A DNA stretch of 64,000 bases, taken from contig NW_014577061.1 of NCBI RefSeq assembly GCF_000485595.1, positions 492,824 through 556,823 on the forward strand, in the 5' to 3' direction. Below are positions 1 to 14,494 of this stretch, piece by piece (within the stretch, counting starts at the first letter, position 1; every line of letters begins with the position of its first letter). The position numbers were made by a program, and so were the translations under genes. This DNA comes from Priapulus caudatus (taxonomy: Eukaryota). The notes beneath the pieces were generated by a model. That model had not been told where the DNA came from, made no database searches, and was given only the letters and a program-made list of their open reading frames with translations.

Positions 1-170
1 TACTAGTCTATATTATACTAGTCTGTATTATACTAGTCTATATTATACTAGTCTATATTATAGTATATACTAGTCTATATTATTACTAGTCTATATATAC
101 TATAGTCTATGTTATTACTAGTCTATATTATTACTAGTCTATATTGTTACTAGCCTATATTATACTAGTT
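1..170. repeat. Minisatellite, ~16-17 bp unit TACTAGTCTATATTA(T)
   Basis: About 10 tandem copies. Confidence 0.9.
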
Positions 171-446
171 TATATTATCCACTCCTTCCACTACCCCTCC
201 CCCAGCAGCACTGTTCCAGCACGCGTTGCTCGGTTTCTGCGATGCTCGATCTGCTACCACGGTAAAAGATATGCTGCCGGGACAGTAAACTGTAGTCTCT
301 AAACGTGACGGCCTAGATTCGATTCTCTGCGGAGATTTTCGCGACATTTTAGGGGTAGGTGTTGTTGCTGGTGGTCGCGACAGATGGCAATCGGGAGATG
401 AAGTTTCGCTTTCTTTGTGCGGTTATTTGTTCCAGCTCCCCTCCTT

Positions 447-475
447 CGCACACACATACATACACACACACACAT

Positions 476-506
<31 letters not shown>

Positions 507-621
507 CACACACACAAATACACACGGGCGCACACGCACACGCACACGCACACGCACACACACGCACGCGCACACGCACACACACAAACACGCACACGCA
601 CACACGCGCGCGCGCACACAC
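447..621. repeat. (CA)n/(CACG)n compound microsatellite
   Basis: Direct inspection. Confidence 0.95.
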
Positions 622-1352
622 CCGATTAATGTACGATGATGTAATTTTACGAGATTTAATTATAATAATGTGCTATTGTTCGTTCGGTAATGAGTAGACT
701 TCGCAAGCTTTTTCAATCTAATCTTGTGATGCTATTATTGCTCAACGTATTTTTTGACGGGCCGGCTCGGTCTTGTCTTGTGTCAGGCCATGGCTGTTAG
801 TAATTGCAACATTTATGACCTTACGATGGGAGTGTTGTTTGTTGTAACGTTGTTGTAATTTTTTATGGGGCAAACAGGCAATCTAACATGATTTCGGTCT
901 TGTCACACCAGTTATTAGTATACGACGTTTTCTGACTAGCTCATTGTTTTGTCGTTTGTTATTCTCTCCCCCTCTCTTAATCTCTCGCTTTTTCTCCATT
1001 CTCATCTCCCCCTGCTTCAACTTGCCCCACTACTCCCTGTAATCATTTCGTGAATAATCAATAGTGTGTTAGAAAACCCCGGAGCTGAATGACAGATGGG
1101 CTTTTTTATTGAGAATGTAAAATGATGTATTATATTGATTTTCAAATGTTTGTTAAGAGCAATTGACTAGTAGAATTACATTATATGTGTGTTCAGTACC
1201 ACGTTAATGTGTTTGATAACCACTAGATTGACTGTGCAGTCGGATGGGCGTTGCGTAATATTAGGGAGGGCGAATTAACACAATGAACACAACACGTCAT
1301 GCCATAATCGATATCGCAAGTGTATTTCTAATCAAACTAATATCTCACACGC

Positions 1353-1384
<32 letters not shown>

Positions 1385-1857
1385 CTCTGTGTTGTGAGTC
1401 TCATGAAGAAACGTGTCTCTCAAACCATTGCCTTTTAACATTAAAACTGATTTCTAGCTGTCTTTTATTTCCTTCCCTACTAATAAGTATGTTCACATCC
1501 TCATGTCCCAAAATTTAAACTGGCAATAACTTCAAACTGTAATTGTGGTAATCAAGCGCTGTGGCACGGTTGTTTACACCCGCCGTAGATGTTTACATGA
1601 TCAGTTTATTATCATTTGTCGGTTCTGCTTTGCTGATTATAGGCCATTGTCATGTTTTGGGTTATTTGTTGATTTTCGCATTTATCAGGAGCATTTTTCC
1701 CTCAGAATCTTTGACCGTTTCATGAACCCGATGTTGTAATTAGTTCATTCAGCCCTTAGTGCGCTCACTGCAAACCTCTTTCTTTGTCTCGGCTGTGAAT
1801 CACAGCCTGAAGCCCCATTTCGTAGTCTTCGCATTTCGCGCGCACCACCGCGTAGGC

Positions 1858-1865
1858 GAGAGAAG

Positions 1866-1896
<31 letters not shown>

Positions 1897-1969
1897 GAGA
1901 GAGAGAGAGAGAGAGAGAAACAGAGACAGTGAGATGGAGAGAGAGAGGGAGACACAGAGAGAGAGAGAG
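1858..1969. repeat. (GA)n microsatellite
   Basis: Direct inspection. Confidence 0.9.
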
Positions 1970-3850
1970 TAAAAAACGATTAATAATTGCCTCAGTTGAG
2001 AGGCGTATGAAATGGTTGCTCGCACGTGTACGCTAGCATGCATGGCTGGCGGTGCTTGCTGCCTATTGCTTGTCCCCATCGCTACGGCCGCCTCCATGCT
2101 GAAGCCACAGCATAGCATTGATTAGCTCTCAAGTGAGCCTTTGTTGTAGAGTCTGCTGCTACAGACTTCCCATCTTCCCCCCAGCCCCGCAGCACTAGTC
2201 AATACTAGCTGACTAGAGTCAATACTTGATGGGGGGAAAACTCGTCTGCCATTGATCGCGTTGCAGCTGTATAGTAGTAATGGCGATATATTCATACAGT
2301 GAACGTTGCAGGGGCGTTGCAGCCCTGCTAATCCACTTATGTTCATAGAAAACACGCGCAGCAACACCCGCAAAATCGCGCGTCTCGCCGAAACACTTTA
2401 CTCGGCGTGTTTTTAATTGTTTAGCAGCGATCGCGCGTTTCATTTTCATTATCGATCCCGTGTTTCATCGGTCGTCGCCGTGTATTTATAACTATATTTA
2501 TAGCATATATAGTAGTCATTCTGTATTAAATTATTAGGTCTTCGTCTATAACATGCTGCGATAACGCATGTTGCATAACGCATTCATGACGCATTCATGA
2601 TGCTGCGATATTGCAGTTTCACTCGCCCCATATTTCAATGTTTGTATGATTGTTGGCGGTCATCTTGGACTGTATCACATTGTCTGATACAATCATCATG
2701 CTGAAATATACTGTCATATATTATTATATATTATATATATTATATTTATATTATATTTATATTATATTTATATTATATTTAATTATTTATATTATATATT
2801 ATTATATGTTTACATACTGTCATTATGCATGATATTGTTCAACAATAACTATATTACAGTGTTTAGCATTTATCATACATGGCATTGTTTGTCATTCATC
2901 CTGCATATCCTGAGTTGATGACATAGACAGTATAACAATATAATAATAGAAAACAAATGATAATCTCTATCTCCATTTCCCTTCTCCCTCTCCCTCTCCC
3001 CCTCTCTCCCCTCTCCTTCTCTCTCTCCCTCTCCCTCTCCCTCTCCCTCGATCTCCCTCTCCCTCTCCTCATTCCTCTCATTGTTCATCATTCGTCATTT
3101 ATGGTGTGGTTTAGAATTGATTATAGATGGTATTGATCAGCATACATCGTGCGTGATATTGTTTTAACATTCATCACATGTGAAATTGTCCAGCATTCAT
3201 CATATTTGACATTGTTCAGCATTCATTATATATGACATTATACAACATTCTTTCAATATTCTGTTACTCAGTGTCTATATGACATTGTTCAGAATTTTTC
3301 TCACACCATAGTGTTTAACAATCATCTTGTACGTAATTAAATTCCTTGGTAATCTGATTTGTAAATTCAATAAGCTGCTGTTCAATGATTTAGCAAAAAC
3401 GTTGTGGAAATATGGATACGTCAAATGAATCCCCTAAATGAAACAGAGCCTTCGTTAATAGTGTATTGCAGTGCTTTTACCTTAAGGATGTTACGTGAAC
3501 GGTCACGAGTGCTTCTATTAGAGGGGAAAGGTAAAACCGTAATAAACGTGTAAGTGGGAGGTACACAACAATAGTGACTATAGGGGCAAAAGGGGGGCAA
3601 GAGGCTTTCATGCAAGATGTGTGCTGTATGTGTTTGTAGGCGTGTATAGTGTTTTAATGCGTGTAGGCGTCCTCTGCAACATTCACACCCATCGAGCATT
3701 TTTTCCTGCTTGATCATAATGTATGGTCGAGTATGTACGGGATGTGTCGTGAATGTATGGATGTTGTTTTTGCTAGGACGAAGACATTCTTTATAGTAAC
3801 AGACGTACGACAATTATTTAAACGTAAACGTGTTTGAATTGCTATAAAAG

Positions 3851-4303
3851 CAGTGCTCAATTTTAAGGTTTTTTGTGGGTTGTCCGGAGGACAACTAAGA
3901 GATTAGCATATGGTTGTCCCTCAAGAGTTTTGGTTGTCCGGATATTATTTAAACATGTGCTGCATGCGCTCTGCTCACGTGATGCTCAGTGCTGTAAAGC
4001 TAAAGGCCTAATCATGTACATTTTGTACGTGTTGCAGTGACAGCAGACATGGCCATTCGCATTGTTTCACTCATTATATGAAGAGAATAAAATATTGGTA
4101 ATGTGGTAAATGATGCTGGGATCAATGACGTGTAATAATAGTAATTAAAAGTTGCATGAAATTTATTTCATAACATTTACATTAACACTGTGTCAAGTCA
4201 CAGATGAGCAAAAATTAAAAAAAAACTTTTTTTTCAAAATTAATTTAGAGGTTGGACACCGGACAACCACGGAAGCAATTTGTAGTTGCCCGAGAGAACA
4301 CTG
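3851..4303. mobile_element. Non-autonomous DNA transposon (MITE), CAGTG...CACTG ends
   Basis: Short TIR CAGTG(C/T)TC; internal GGTTGTCC/GGACAAC subterminal repeats; flanks aaaag/caaag. Confidence 0.5.
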
Positions 4304-4590
4304 CAAAGCCATATAATAAAAGACATTACATACATAAAAATAACGGCTTAGTTTAGGTAGTTGAGTAAGGTGGCAAAACGAGTCGCAATATAGACAAATT
4401 ACTGTTTTACTCAAGTACTGCATTATTTGCAACCTCTCCATGCAGAATCGCGGCCCCTCTCTCCATGCGTACATCCGTACATACAATCAGGTGGCAGTCA
4501 AACAGAGTGCTAATAAATTGTCGTGGGATGTAAAACGACCGTGTTGGCTAATTATTCAGCAGCATCATAATGAAACATCGTCGACCACAG

Positions 4591-4905
4591 CAGGGCTGTC
4601 GCCAGGGATTGATGAAGCCCTAATGGTGAAGCCCAGTCACGAAGGAGCAAAGCGCCGTAAAGGCGGAGAGTGTATGAGGGGGTTCCACCTCCCCCTGGTG
4701 GGGGACCAGGGGGCCTTCCCCGAAAATTTTTGAAATGCTACATGAAATGAAGTGCATACTGGCGAGTTTAAAAAAAATGCCATTTTAACATTTGCAACAC
4801 AGTAAAAAGTACATTGCAACTGTTTAATTCCATAATTTATTTTATAAAAATCCGGAAATAATGTTGAAGCCCGAGCTTCCAGGCCTCCGCCTGGCAACGT
4901 GCCTG
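4591..4905. mobile_element. MITE, CAGGG...CCTG ends
   Basis: Imperfect TIR CAGGGCTGTCGCCAGG / CCTGGCAACGTGCCTG; flanks cacag/cagag. Confidence 0.5.
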
Positions 4906-5205
4906 CAGAGCTAGGATAGGGATAACCTGTATCTGCTGGAAAATATCGTGGCATGTGCGTGACTGTGTTTCGCGTACTGCTATCACTAATGTTGTGCGTG
5001 GCTCATCGAGTTAATTATTTGTTGTCCGTGAGTGTGTCGCATAATGGACCTCGTAATGGGCGATCGATTCCGTAAACAGTAGAAGTTCGTAATCATAATC
5101 ATGAAAGTTGTTCTACATGTTTCGTTGCTCGTGGCTGTTATTTTGATTCACGGCTCGTTACGTTGTGCGGACGAAAGACTTACATGGCTGTTCGCTTGTT
5201 TTCAG

Positions 5206-5397
5206 TGTCCGACACGCAGAAGGTTGTCATCAACGTTCTGGACGTCAACGACGAGAGACCTGAGTTTGTCAACAAGCCACGCCCATTCCAGACTGTCGTT
5301 TCCCCGAATGCTCCACAGGGGGAGCTGGTGTACGTTCTAGACGCGAGAGACAAAGACAAGGATGCTGATATCATTTACAAGATCGAGCTGGACCTTA
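5206..5397 (+). CDS. CadN: Cadherin exon ([21 protein letters not shown]...ELDL), first exon visible in window
   Basis: ttttcag acceptor, A|gtaagt donor, phase 1/1, DVNDERP motif. Confidence 0.9.
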
Positions 5398-8300
5398 GTA
5401 AGTAACGTCAGTCGCTCGGCTGTGGCATATACACGTTCTGGATAACTTGCATAAATTATGGAAAGTTCAGGCCTGTATATAGATAGGGTTAGAGTGCTAG
5501 CAGCTGGATAGATCATAATTCCTCCTTCAGGCAAGTCGCAACACGATCATCAGCGAAGTTATTCACTGATGCCAACTTACGTAGAATGACATCTCATTAC
5601 GAAGTAAAATTTCCACATCTGAAAAAACCGAATTTACACAAATGCTGTATAGTTTCCATAAAAAAACGTTTGCAGATACCCCATGCCGTCATTTCCATTA
5701 AAACACGTTTGTTGACCCCCACGAAGTTTTCTTTGCATCCGGAATACAGCATGGTTGCAGATACCACATGAAACGCTGTCATTTCTGTACGTTTGCTGAC
5801 CCCTTGAAAATGCGTTTGTTTAAAAAAAAAAGTTTGATAGCCCCTTTCTGGCCACGAAAACGTAGACGCGACGTAACGACTTCCCACACGAGACGTTTTG
5901 GTAAAAAAAGAAGATGAACCTCTTACGAAAATGCTGACGTTTTCTCCGAAAAAAATTGTTGCAGACTCCCCACGAGAACCGCCGACGTTTTCCATTAAAA
6001 CGATAGCTAACTTCTCACGAAAATGCCGTCGTTTCGGTTTTTTGAAAAAATAAACCCCCTTGCCGAAAACGCTGGCGTGACATTACCGTTAAAATCGTCG
6101 GCCAACCCCCTTACGAAAATGCTGACAGTCACGTTAAAATCGTCGGCCGATCCCGCGCGGCGAAGACGCAAGGACATGCCGCCTGTCGCTACAAGTCTAC
6201 CTACCGCTACATGTCGACGCTTCTCTCTCTCTCTCTTCCCTGCTCCCGCCAGGTGGCGAGAAGGCGTTTGAGGTTGACGAGCGTACGGGCATGGTGCGCA
6301 CGCAGCGCGACGGCCCCTTCCAGGTCGGCCGCGACTACGTGCTGCGCGTGCGCGCGCTCGACAAGAACGGCATCCCCGGCACGCAAGAGTCGGCGATGGA
6401 GACGCTGTCGATCGTCGTCGGCAACCGGCCGCCGCAGTTCTACGAGGTCGACTACGAGGCGCCCGTCAACGAGGAGGAGAAGTCCGACGTGAGGTGAGCA
6501 TCTCGGGGGAGGGAGGAGGGGAGCGTGCGCGCGGGGGCGGGGCTTCTTGGGAAGCCCCGGAGGCTTCCGCCGCCGCCGCCGCTTTTTTTCTTCTCGGATT
6601 TTTTTCTTTCTCGTGGGCTTCGGGCAGCGTGTAGATTGTTTTTTCATGACGGGCGAGGAGGCCGGATGGTCGCTTGTCTCTGTGAGACGTGGCTAGCGGT
6701 CGCGTCTCTGTGAGACGTTGCGAGCGGTCATGTCTCGCGTTGTGTTAACGCGACGAGAGCGGCCATTTTGTGAAGGCGAAATTTGGCAAGCGCCGTTGCA
6801 ATGACAGGGGTGAATTCATTCCCTCGTGGGAACATGACGCGAGAATTGAACGTGGGTCGGCAGTAAATGCGAAATGAATTCAGTGAGAAAGTGCAGATGA
6901 GATCTCTTCTGCCGCTGTCAGTTTTCTTGTGCAATTCGAGTGAGATTGTGAAATTAATGAAACATACACTGTTCTGTCATGATTATGGTAGGTATGTAGC
7001 GAATGTTACATTTATTTGCTGACGCTAACCGCTACACAGTAACTGTCCGTAGCATGTGGTTATGAACCAATAATTACGTATCGTTTCTGTATAATGAGTC
7101 GATTAACCACTAGCTTGCTAATAGATGTGTGTTTGTGCATAATTTGTATTTAACTACAACGCGTGACTAATCACTGTGATGAAACTAGGTTTGCGTATTA
7201 CATTTGGGAGGTGATATTGTCTGATAAGGTCGCCTGTGATTTCCCTCTGCCCAAACAGTATCAGTGACAGCAACTAGCATACCATACCATACCATACATG
7301 CCACCATGTATGAAATTGACCACACTGATTTGTTTTGAACCAAAATTGCAATGTTTTGGCACAATTTTAATTTTCTATTTGTGTTTTTTCTGCCAAGTTC
7401 TCCCTATGCAAGTGACTATCAGAAAAGGTACAGTGGTGGCAATAGTAGCTTCTACATTTTATCGACCAGCGCATCTTGTATTTTGTCTTAACCACATTGC
7501 CTGCACCATGCGCGTCCCTTCATAGATCGTACCTTGGTATAGCAGCATGAATTTCACTCGTTCGCAGCTAAAGAAAGAATATTTTAACATGAAGGGACGA
7601 TGTCATATATGCGATAACCGAACCTACTAATCAATTTGCTTTAGTGCTTTCGGTGAGATCAAAGGTAAGCCAGAAAGTAGGTACACAGTACTGTAGTATT
7701 GTATGGTGCAGGCACTGTGGGGCGCCGCTAAGGCAGGCAAAGCAAATGTGCTGGTCAAGAATGGCTAGAAAGCTTACTATTCAGAACAAACCAAAAGACA
7801 TATATTGATGATAGGCCACCTATTGTTAATATATTATGCATATATTGTATGAGTGCTTGTCTTAGGGTACAAGTTCTCAGTATACTGGCTTCTTAGTCTG
7901 TTCCTTTGTCGTGATGTGGTGGTGAGTGTGTGGCTTTCTTAAGCTCAGTCTATGATCGTGTACGAATAATTACGAGTAAATACGTGTATTTTCGTTAAGA
8001 TGGAGCTCTGCGATCCAGTCGTGCACTAGGCACTGTGTTTTACGGGTTTGTGACTGTACTAGGACTGTATGAACTCGGAGGTCGATTGCAGAACTGAGAG
8101 CAAGCAGCAGTGTTGCGTATATGCACCTCTTATCTCCAGTGAGACCAGGTGGTAACGAGAGTCGCTGCATGTTTCGTGTGAAGCCAAGGAACGAGAGATG
8201 CACGGATGTCGCCTAGCTGTCAGCACTCCCTGATCACATGCTCATTGTTCTGTGTTGTGTGGACGTCATGAGTTCTAGATGCCACTGTGAGGGCGTCAGC

Positions 8301-11300
8301 GTGCCATCTCTCCATCTCTCGTTGTATTGCTCCCCCTCCTGCCTGCGTTCTTCGCTCTTTCTCTTTCTCCCACCCTCTTTCTCTCTCTCTATCTCAACGT
8401 CACTCTCTGCGTGTGTGCGTTCAACACTTGTCTCTGTCCCCTCCTACCTTCCTCTCCTCCTTTCAACCTCTCTCCCTCCCTTTCCTACCACCCTCCCGCT
8501 CTCCCTCCTTTCTTCACAGCCTCACACTCTCCCTTCTACGTTCACCACCTTCTCCTTCCTTCTTTTTTTTTCTTCTCTTTATCTTGTTGTCCGTTTACTT
8601 TCCTGTCTTTCTATCATTCCTATTTGCCCCTCCCTGCCCCACTCCTTATCTTCGGTCTCTCTCTCTCTCTCACACACATTCTCTCATTCCTTCTGCGGCC
8701 CCACATTAACCCTTGCTTGCTCGCTACACTTCTACACCTCGCATCCCCTTCTCTCGCCCATCTCACTCATCATCCACCATCGCCACCATCTCTTATCCCC
8801 CCTATCTCTCTCACCCACAATTCGTTGTCATATCTCTCTCCATTGCTGTGCCGTTTCCTCCCTCTGAACCATTCACTACCTCACTCCAGTCCTCCGTTCC
8901 ACTGCACCATCTCCGCTATACTATATCTTATCTGGAACTGAGTGAAACTAGTACTCTCAAAGAGACTCGTTCAAATCCGTCCCAGCTGGTCTTTATCAAA
9001 TAGCAAAATAATCTAGCAAAAATCACATGACTCACTATTGTTGGGAAAGATGGTGAGGGATGCAGGATGCTGCTTGCTCTAAGCTAGCTGCGAACATGTT
9101 TTGATATTGATAGAATATGAGTGTCAGTGCATGCTTGAAGCTGTATTGCAATATTTCTGGTTGTTATTGACTAGCTCATGTTACCTGTATACCAATATTG
9201 TGTGTGCATGCCAATGTTTCTTTACGATTTTATTGTGTACTCTGTCGTTAGTGAATTCTGCTACCATGTATTTTTGTGATGAATGTTTTTTTTATTCATT
9301 TATTTGATTATTGCTCAATGGAAAAAATGGTAAAAATATATTTCTTACTTTGTTATTTATTTTTTAACTATTATTTACTAGTTTGATATTTTCTGCCTTT
9401 CTCTGTGTTTCATGTATGATGCTTACTAAACTCGAAGTATTTGTTTTCATATAGTTTATTCATAACTTTATTTATAAGGCAAATTAACGTTCATATAATT
9501 TCTTATCATTTGGATATTTCCGATAATTTTCTTTTCGATTCGAATTAAAGTTTATTTCCTTCTATTCAATTGGCTCAGCCGTTTTAGAAGTAGCAAAGAT
9601 TTTGTTCAATACCAACTACCCCCCTCCCCCCCGTCCCCCACCCCTAAACCCATCGAACACCGTCTACCACCCCCTCCCCCTACTGCTTTCATCGAGACAC
9701 CGATGTGGTCTTCATCGTGTTTCCACTCTGACCCCCCCCCCATCCCCAGCTACTGCTTTCACTGAGACACCGACGTGGGCTCATGAGTAGCCACTGCTTT
9801 GTGTTGCAGGGTGGTGCGAGTGCAGGCGAAGTCGTTCTCGAACAAACCGATCAAGTACAAGGTGACGACGGAGGTCGGGCAGCCGTCGGACGCGTTCGCC
9901 GTGCGGCAGCCGGAGTCCGGCTGGGTGTTCCTGCTCAAGCGACTCGACTACGACGACTTCAGCCAGCCGAAGACCTACCGGCTGCAGGTGCACGCCGAGG
10001 AGGAGGGCAGCGGCGGTCTTTCTTCCAGCACCCTGGTGGGTATAGATATCACCCCCTCTTCCCCCCACTCTCTCCGGGTAGCTAACTACCGCCCCGGGTA
10101 GCTAACTACCGCCCCGGGTAGCTAACTACCTCCCCGGGTAGCTAACTACCTTCTTGGGTAGCTAACTCCATTCCTGGGTAGCTAACTACTTCCCCGGGTA
10201 GCTAACTACCTTCCCGGGTAGCTACCTACCTCCCCTGCTAACTACTGCCCCTGCTATCATCAACGTTTATGTGCGTGTGCGTGTGGCGCAGGGCATTGTG
10301 GGGTTGGCAAGAATAAAGACGACTGAACCATAAGACAGCATTTGCATCGTCCATCAATATCTTCCACGGGGGTAAGCATCTTCACATCAATAACCGCTAC
10401 AGGTGGTAGTTGTGCAGTAGGATCATTTCTGGCAGATTGGGGTGGGTTCGTTGTGGTGGTCTTGAAGGTGAGCGTGGGTCAGATTAGGCTTGTGCAGCTG
10501 TTTTATGAGGAGTAAAGCTCAGGTAAGCCATTGTAGGAGTTAGTACAGCTTCGCGGTGTTGTGAAGTCATCGTAAGGGTTAGCTCCAAGAAACGGTATTG
10601 CTATAGGCTTGTATATTGACGTTAGTCACACAGCCTGGTCGGGTTACGTAAGGGTGTGAGGGCAACGTTGATATGAATGGGACATTATCCGTTGCTGTGG
10701 TACTGACGGTCATGTCAGTGTGCCGTGTGTTATGCAGGAAACGTGATCAGTGTCATGGAAAGGGCAATAGTAAGAATAGCAAATTATGGTGACAGAGCTA
10801 TCAAGGCACTTATAGTAAGTGTAATGCGAGAGAATAGCAATCATAAGTTTGTGATGGCAGCTGCCATGAAATACGTATGATTTGCTGCTTATACAGCCTT
10901 GCTAGTTCTGTTGTACAATAGGCTCTCGGATAGAAGATAATATTTCCTCGCAATAACAAAAACGTGTGAAATATTTTGATTGATAGCAAGTGTTGCAGAA
11001 GAGTTAGATGGAGAATTCAACGTTCAGGGACTTGTCCAAGTTACCGAAGTTCATCGTATATTTTCAGTAATATAAATGATCGAAATAATTATTATTCGCA
11101 TTGAAGGCATTGAGTATTAAAGGTGGTGAGATTTGTGACTGTGAAAGTTTAACAGTGGATTAAATTCAGAATTGTCATATGCTTTCAATTTTGCATCGAT
11201 TTTTAAATACATTGTATAAAATGCATTAGTTGAGATAGGAGTGCATGTCAATTAAGTGCACCGTAGCATGCATTATGTTATTATGTGTTTCTGCATTTTT

Positions 11301-14300
11301 ACTGGTATAGAAAATGTTTGAGTAAATAGCCAAAGTTTAACAATGTACCCACTCTATATTTAAGAGCTAGTGATGCATGGATTAGTCAAGCACTCCTATT
11401 ATAGCAAGTAGCTATGCATGTATTATTTATTGCCAGCTGCTAACATATCAGATTGCTAGATCGCTATAATGAAAGAACCATGTGATAATTAATTATGCAT
11501 ATTTAGGTGTATTCATTATTATTTATCATAATTAATATACATGTACTTGATGATTTATTAATTGATAATAGCTTATCTACGTTAATTAGATCTTATGCGG
11601 ATTCATAAAATAGATAACTGTGCGTGCATGTAGTTCGTTTATATTTAGTTCTGCCTGAGTTCTATAGCACTATATTTACACATGGCGAACGAGCGGGGAA
11701 TAGAGTGATGTGCTCTGTATGTGACCACTTATCACCAACGGTTTGTTTTTCTTATGTCTCTCAGTAGTCATTCACGTTTACATTTTCGTTTTCAGCTCAA
11801 TTGTACTACTTCACTGGGTATTGTTAGCGTGGGGTTGTTGCAGTTGCCATTGGTATTGTTGCCATTGTAACGAACTGCCAAATTCCCTTCATAAACATTT
11901 AAATCCAAACGAGAAATTTTCTTCCAAACTTGCACACACGATGTTTTCCTATTGTCTTGCCATTGTCCAGGATTTCACTTGCTTTCGATTTGCAAACATA
12001 TGGGCAGCTACGGCTTAGAAATTTATTTTTAGAGTAGTCAAGTAGTTGAGAAATTGAAAAAACAATAGTAGAAGTGTCGTAGTTGGAATTGCATGATCCA
12101 TGTCTTTTCGCACATGCAGTGACACCACCCCCAACTTGTTCTTTGGATGATCTGACACTGGTTGTTTGGTTTTGCGTCTAAATTAACTTCGTGTCACTCA
12201 AGTCTAATAGCTTGCTGGCATTTTGGACACATTTAAGTAAAATGGGCAAGCATGGATGCAACAGGTGCAGCACCTTGCAACAGATGTAGACTTGCATTGA
12301 AGGGTGCATTTATCATTTTAGTAAATATTAAAAGGAATCACTAAATGAGATGTGCCTTATTATTTAACTTCACATAGAATATGTGTGCTCGTCGAATGCT
12401 AAGTCATAAAGACAGTACAGTTATCGACTACTTGCATATATAGGCACATATCTCATCTCTAAGTGCAATATTATTATCAGCTTCTTGTTATTTGCTGTAA
12501 CTGCAGCTTGGTTATCGACTGTTCGCATTACCACATGCTAAATACTTGATGCTAACGTATATGTACAAAATACGTAATGCAATACTAAATGTAAATGCAG
12601 TGCTATTGTCAATTTCTCATGTATGCGTGTAACGTGAGTCTAATGGCGGCATGGTTATCGACTGCTGTGATGGCTAGGCATGCACCTGTCACTACGCATC
12701 TAACGGTGGGGTTCTGTACATTTCTCGCGCAGCTGACGGTGAAGGTCGTGGACGTGAACGACAACCCGCCCGTCTTCAACCTTCCCGAGTACGTCAAGGA
12801 GAACATCGATGAGAACCTTCCCGCCGGAAGCATGATCCTCGCTGGTACGCACTCTGCCGGTGCCGCTGCGTCGGGCGCCATGCCGCATACGCACGCATGC
12901 AGTTTCGGCAACCATTTTGATCGTCTTTCTTTTTTCTTTATTCTCTTGGTCTCCCGATGGGACATAAGGCCGTGATTTTGATCGTGACGCAGCCTTTTTC
13001 GAGTGCAATGCTGTCACGCGCATGGAGGTGGTGTGCACGCGGTGGCATTGCTCTCGTAAAAGGCTGCGTCACGATCAAAATGGTTGCCGAACCGCCCGTT
13101 GTCATGCTCACTTGTTGATCCTAGTGTGAAGCGGTGTGGGTGTTGTTACTTGCAGCGACTTCGCACGCGCTCGGATTCGTGTTTCAGTAGGCGGCCATGA
13201 ACGGTCGCGTATCGAGTGACCGCCTAGAGATTCGGTCTCAGCTGTGTCGCTCAAGTTTCGTAGCGATACGGAGACTAATGCGTTGAATTCCTTTGATTAT
13301 CAATGGTGATGGATATTAATAATATAGTTAGCTATTATGAATTCACACAGATTTCCCCCCACCACCCCTTCACCCCACAGAAAAATTGCCAGTGTGAATC
13401 ACAAGTTCTGTTTAGGAACACCAGGTGGTAACGCGGCGACATCTGATGACGTCGTTCGTGTATCGTGAAAATCGTTACGATGTGCGCCGGTGGGACTCAT
13501 TCTCTTAAACCTGATCTGCGTGGCTGGGTTTCGAGCTGCAGTATAGCTTACGGTCCTCGTGGGGTTACGAGATTGCATTGGAAAATGTAGCGCCGCGAAA
13601 ACTGCCATGTGGAAAATTTGTTTGTGGGCATGGCAACGGCGAGACGTGTCGTTCCTATGGGAGCAGCGACAGCAGCACCACTCTGCATTCACGGACACAG
13701 ATGCGTTTCAATAATTGTACGTAGCTGACGAATTTTCGTGGATGGGGCAGCTTCAATATCATCCTTTAAATTCACCCTTTGATCACGCGCATTTGGGAAA
13801 TGTTCTCCTAGGGAAATTTGTTAGTGAAATACGAAAGGCGCAAAACTGACAGATTGCCCTGATTCAGTCTGACGACTTGATATGAGAAACGCGGCACGTG
13901 AGAATGAGGCTATTAGCGGTAATCAAAAAATGTAGCGACGATATTCACTCGTCTCACTTCAGGTAGGTCACGATGGGCTGCACATAAATTTGCCGCGTTC
14001 ATTCCCACCTTATGCTATAGATCGAGTACGAACTTGCCATGCCTGCTGCCATTCCAGGGACCGTCTATATGCTCACTGCATCTGGCCTCGTACACCATTA
14101 ATTAATTACTACGTTCCCGTGCGAGTGGACTGCGCGTAAATTGCCCACGTCTGCTGCGTTGGAGCGCACGAAAATTTGCGTGTGTCTTCTGATGCCATAG
14201 ACCACGCGCATGAATTTGCCTCGTCATGTCTAAGTTTGTCGTGTCTCTCACCGCATTCACTGCGTTGGGCTATGCACACCGACAGTGCTGCCACCTACGC

Positions 14301-14437
14301 AGATCGTCCGCGCTCTATATATACACAGATGTACATAAATATATATGTATATATAATATATGTCCTATGTATGTCTATATGTACATATATACCTTTTCTC
14401 TGAAATTATGCAATGACCAATTCCAATGTATACATGT

Positions 14438-14494
<57 letters not shown>

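Noticed and set aside
299..697. His/Thr/Cys/Val-rich ORFs in several frames (also 22667-22894, 24155-24549)
   Set aside because: Translations of (CA)/(CACG) microsatellites.
1970..2460. Possible conserved enhancer with TAAT-rich motifs in the upstream cadherin intron
   Set aside because: Cannot be supported without cross-species alignment or chromatin data.
8238..9003. Long Ser/Leu/Pro/Phe-rich overlapping ORFs
   Set aside because: Polypyrimidine low-complexity intron DNA lacks stop codons by composition.
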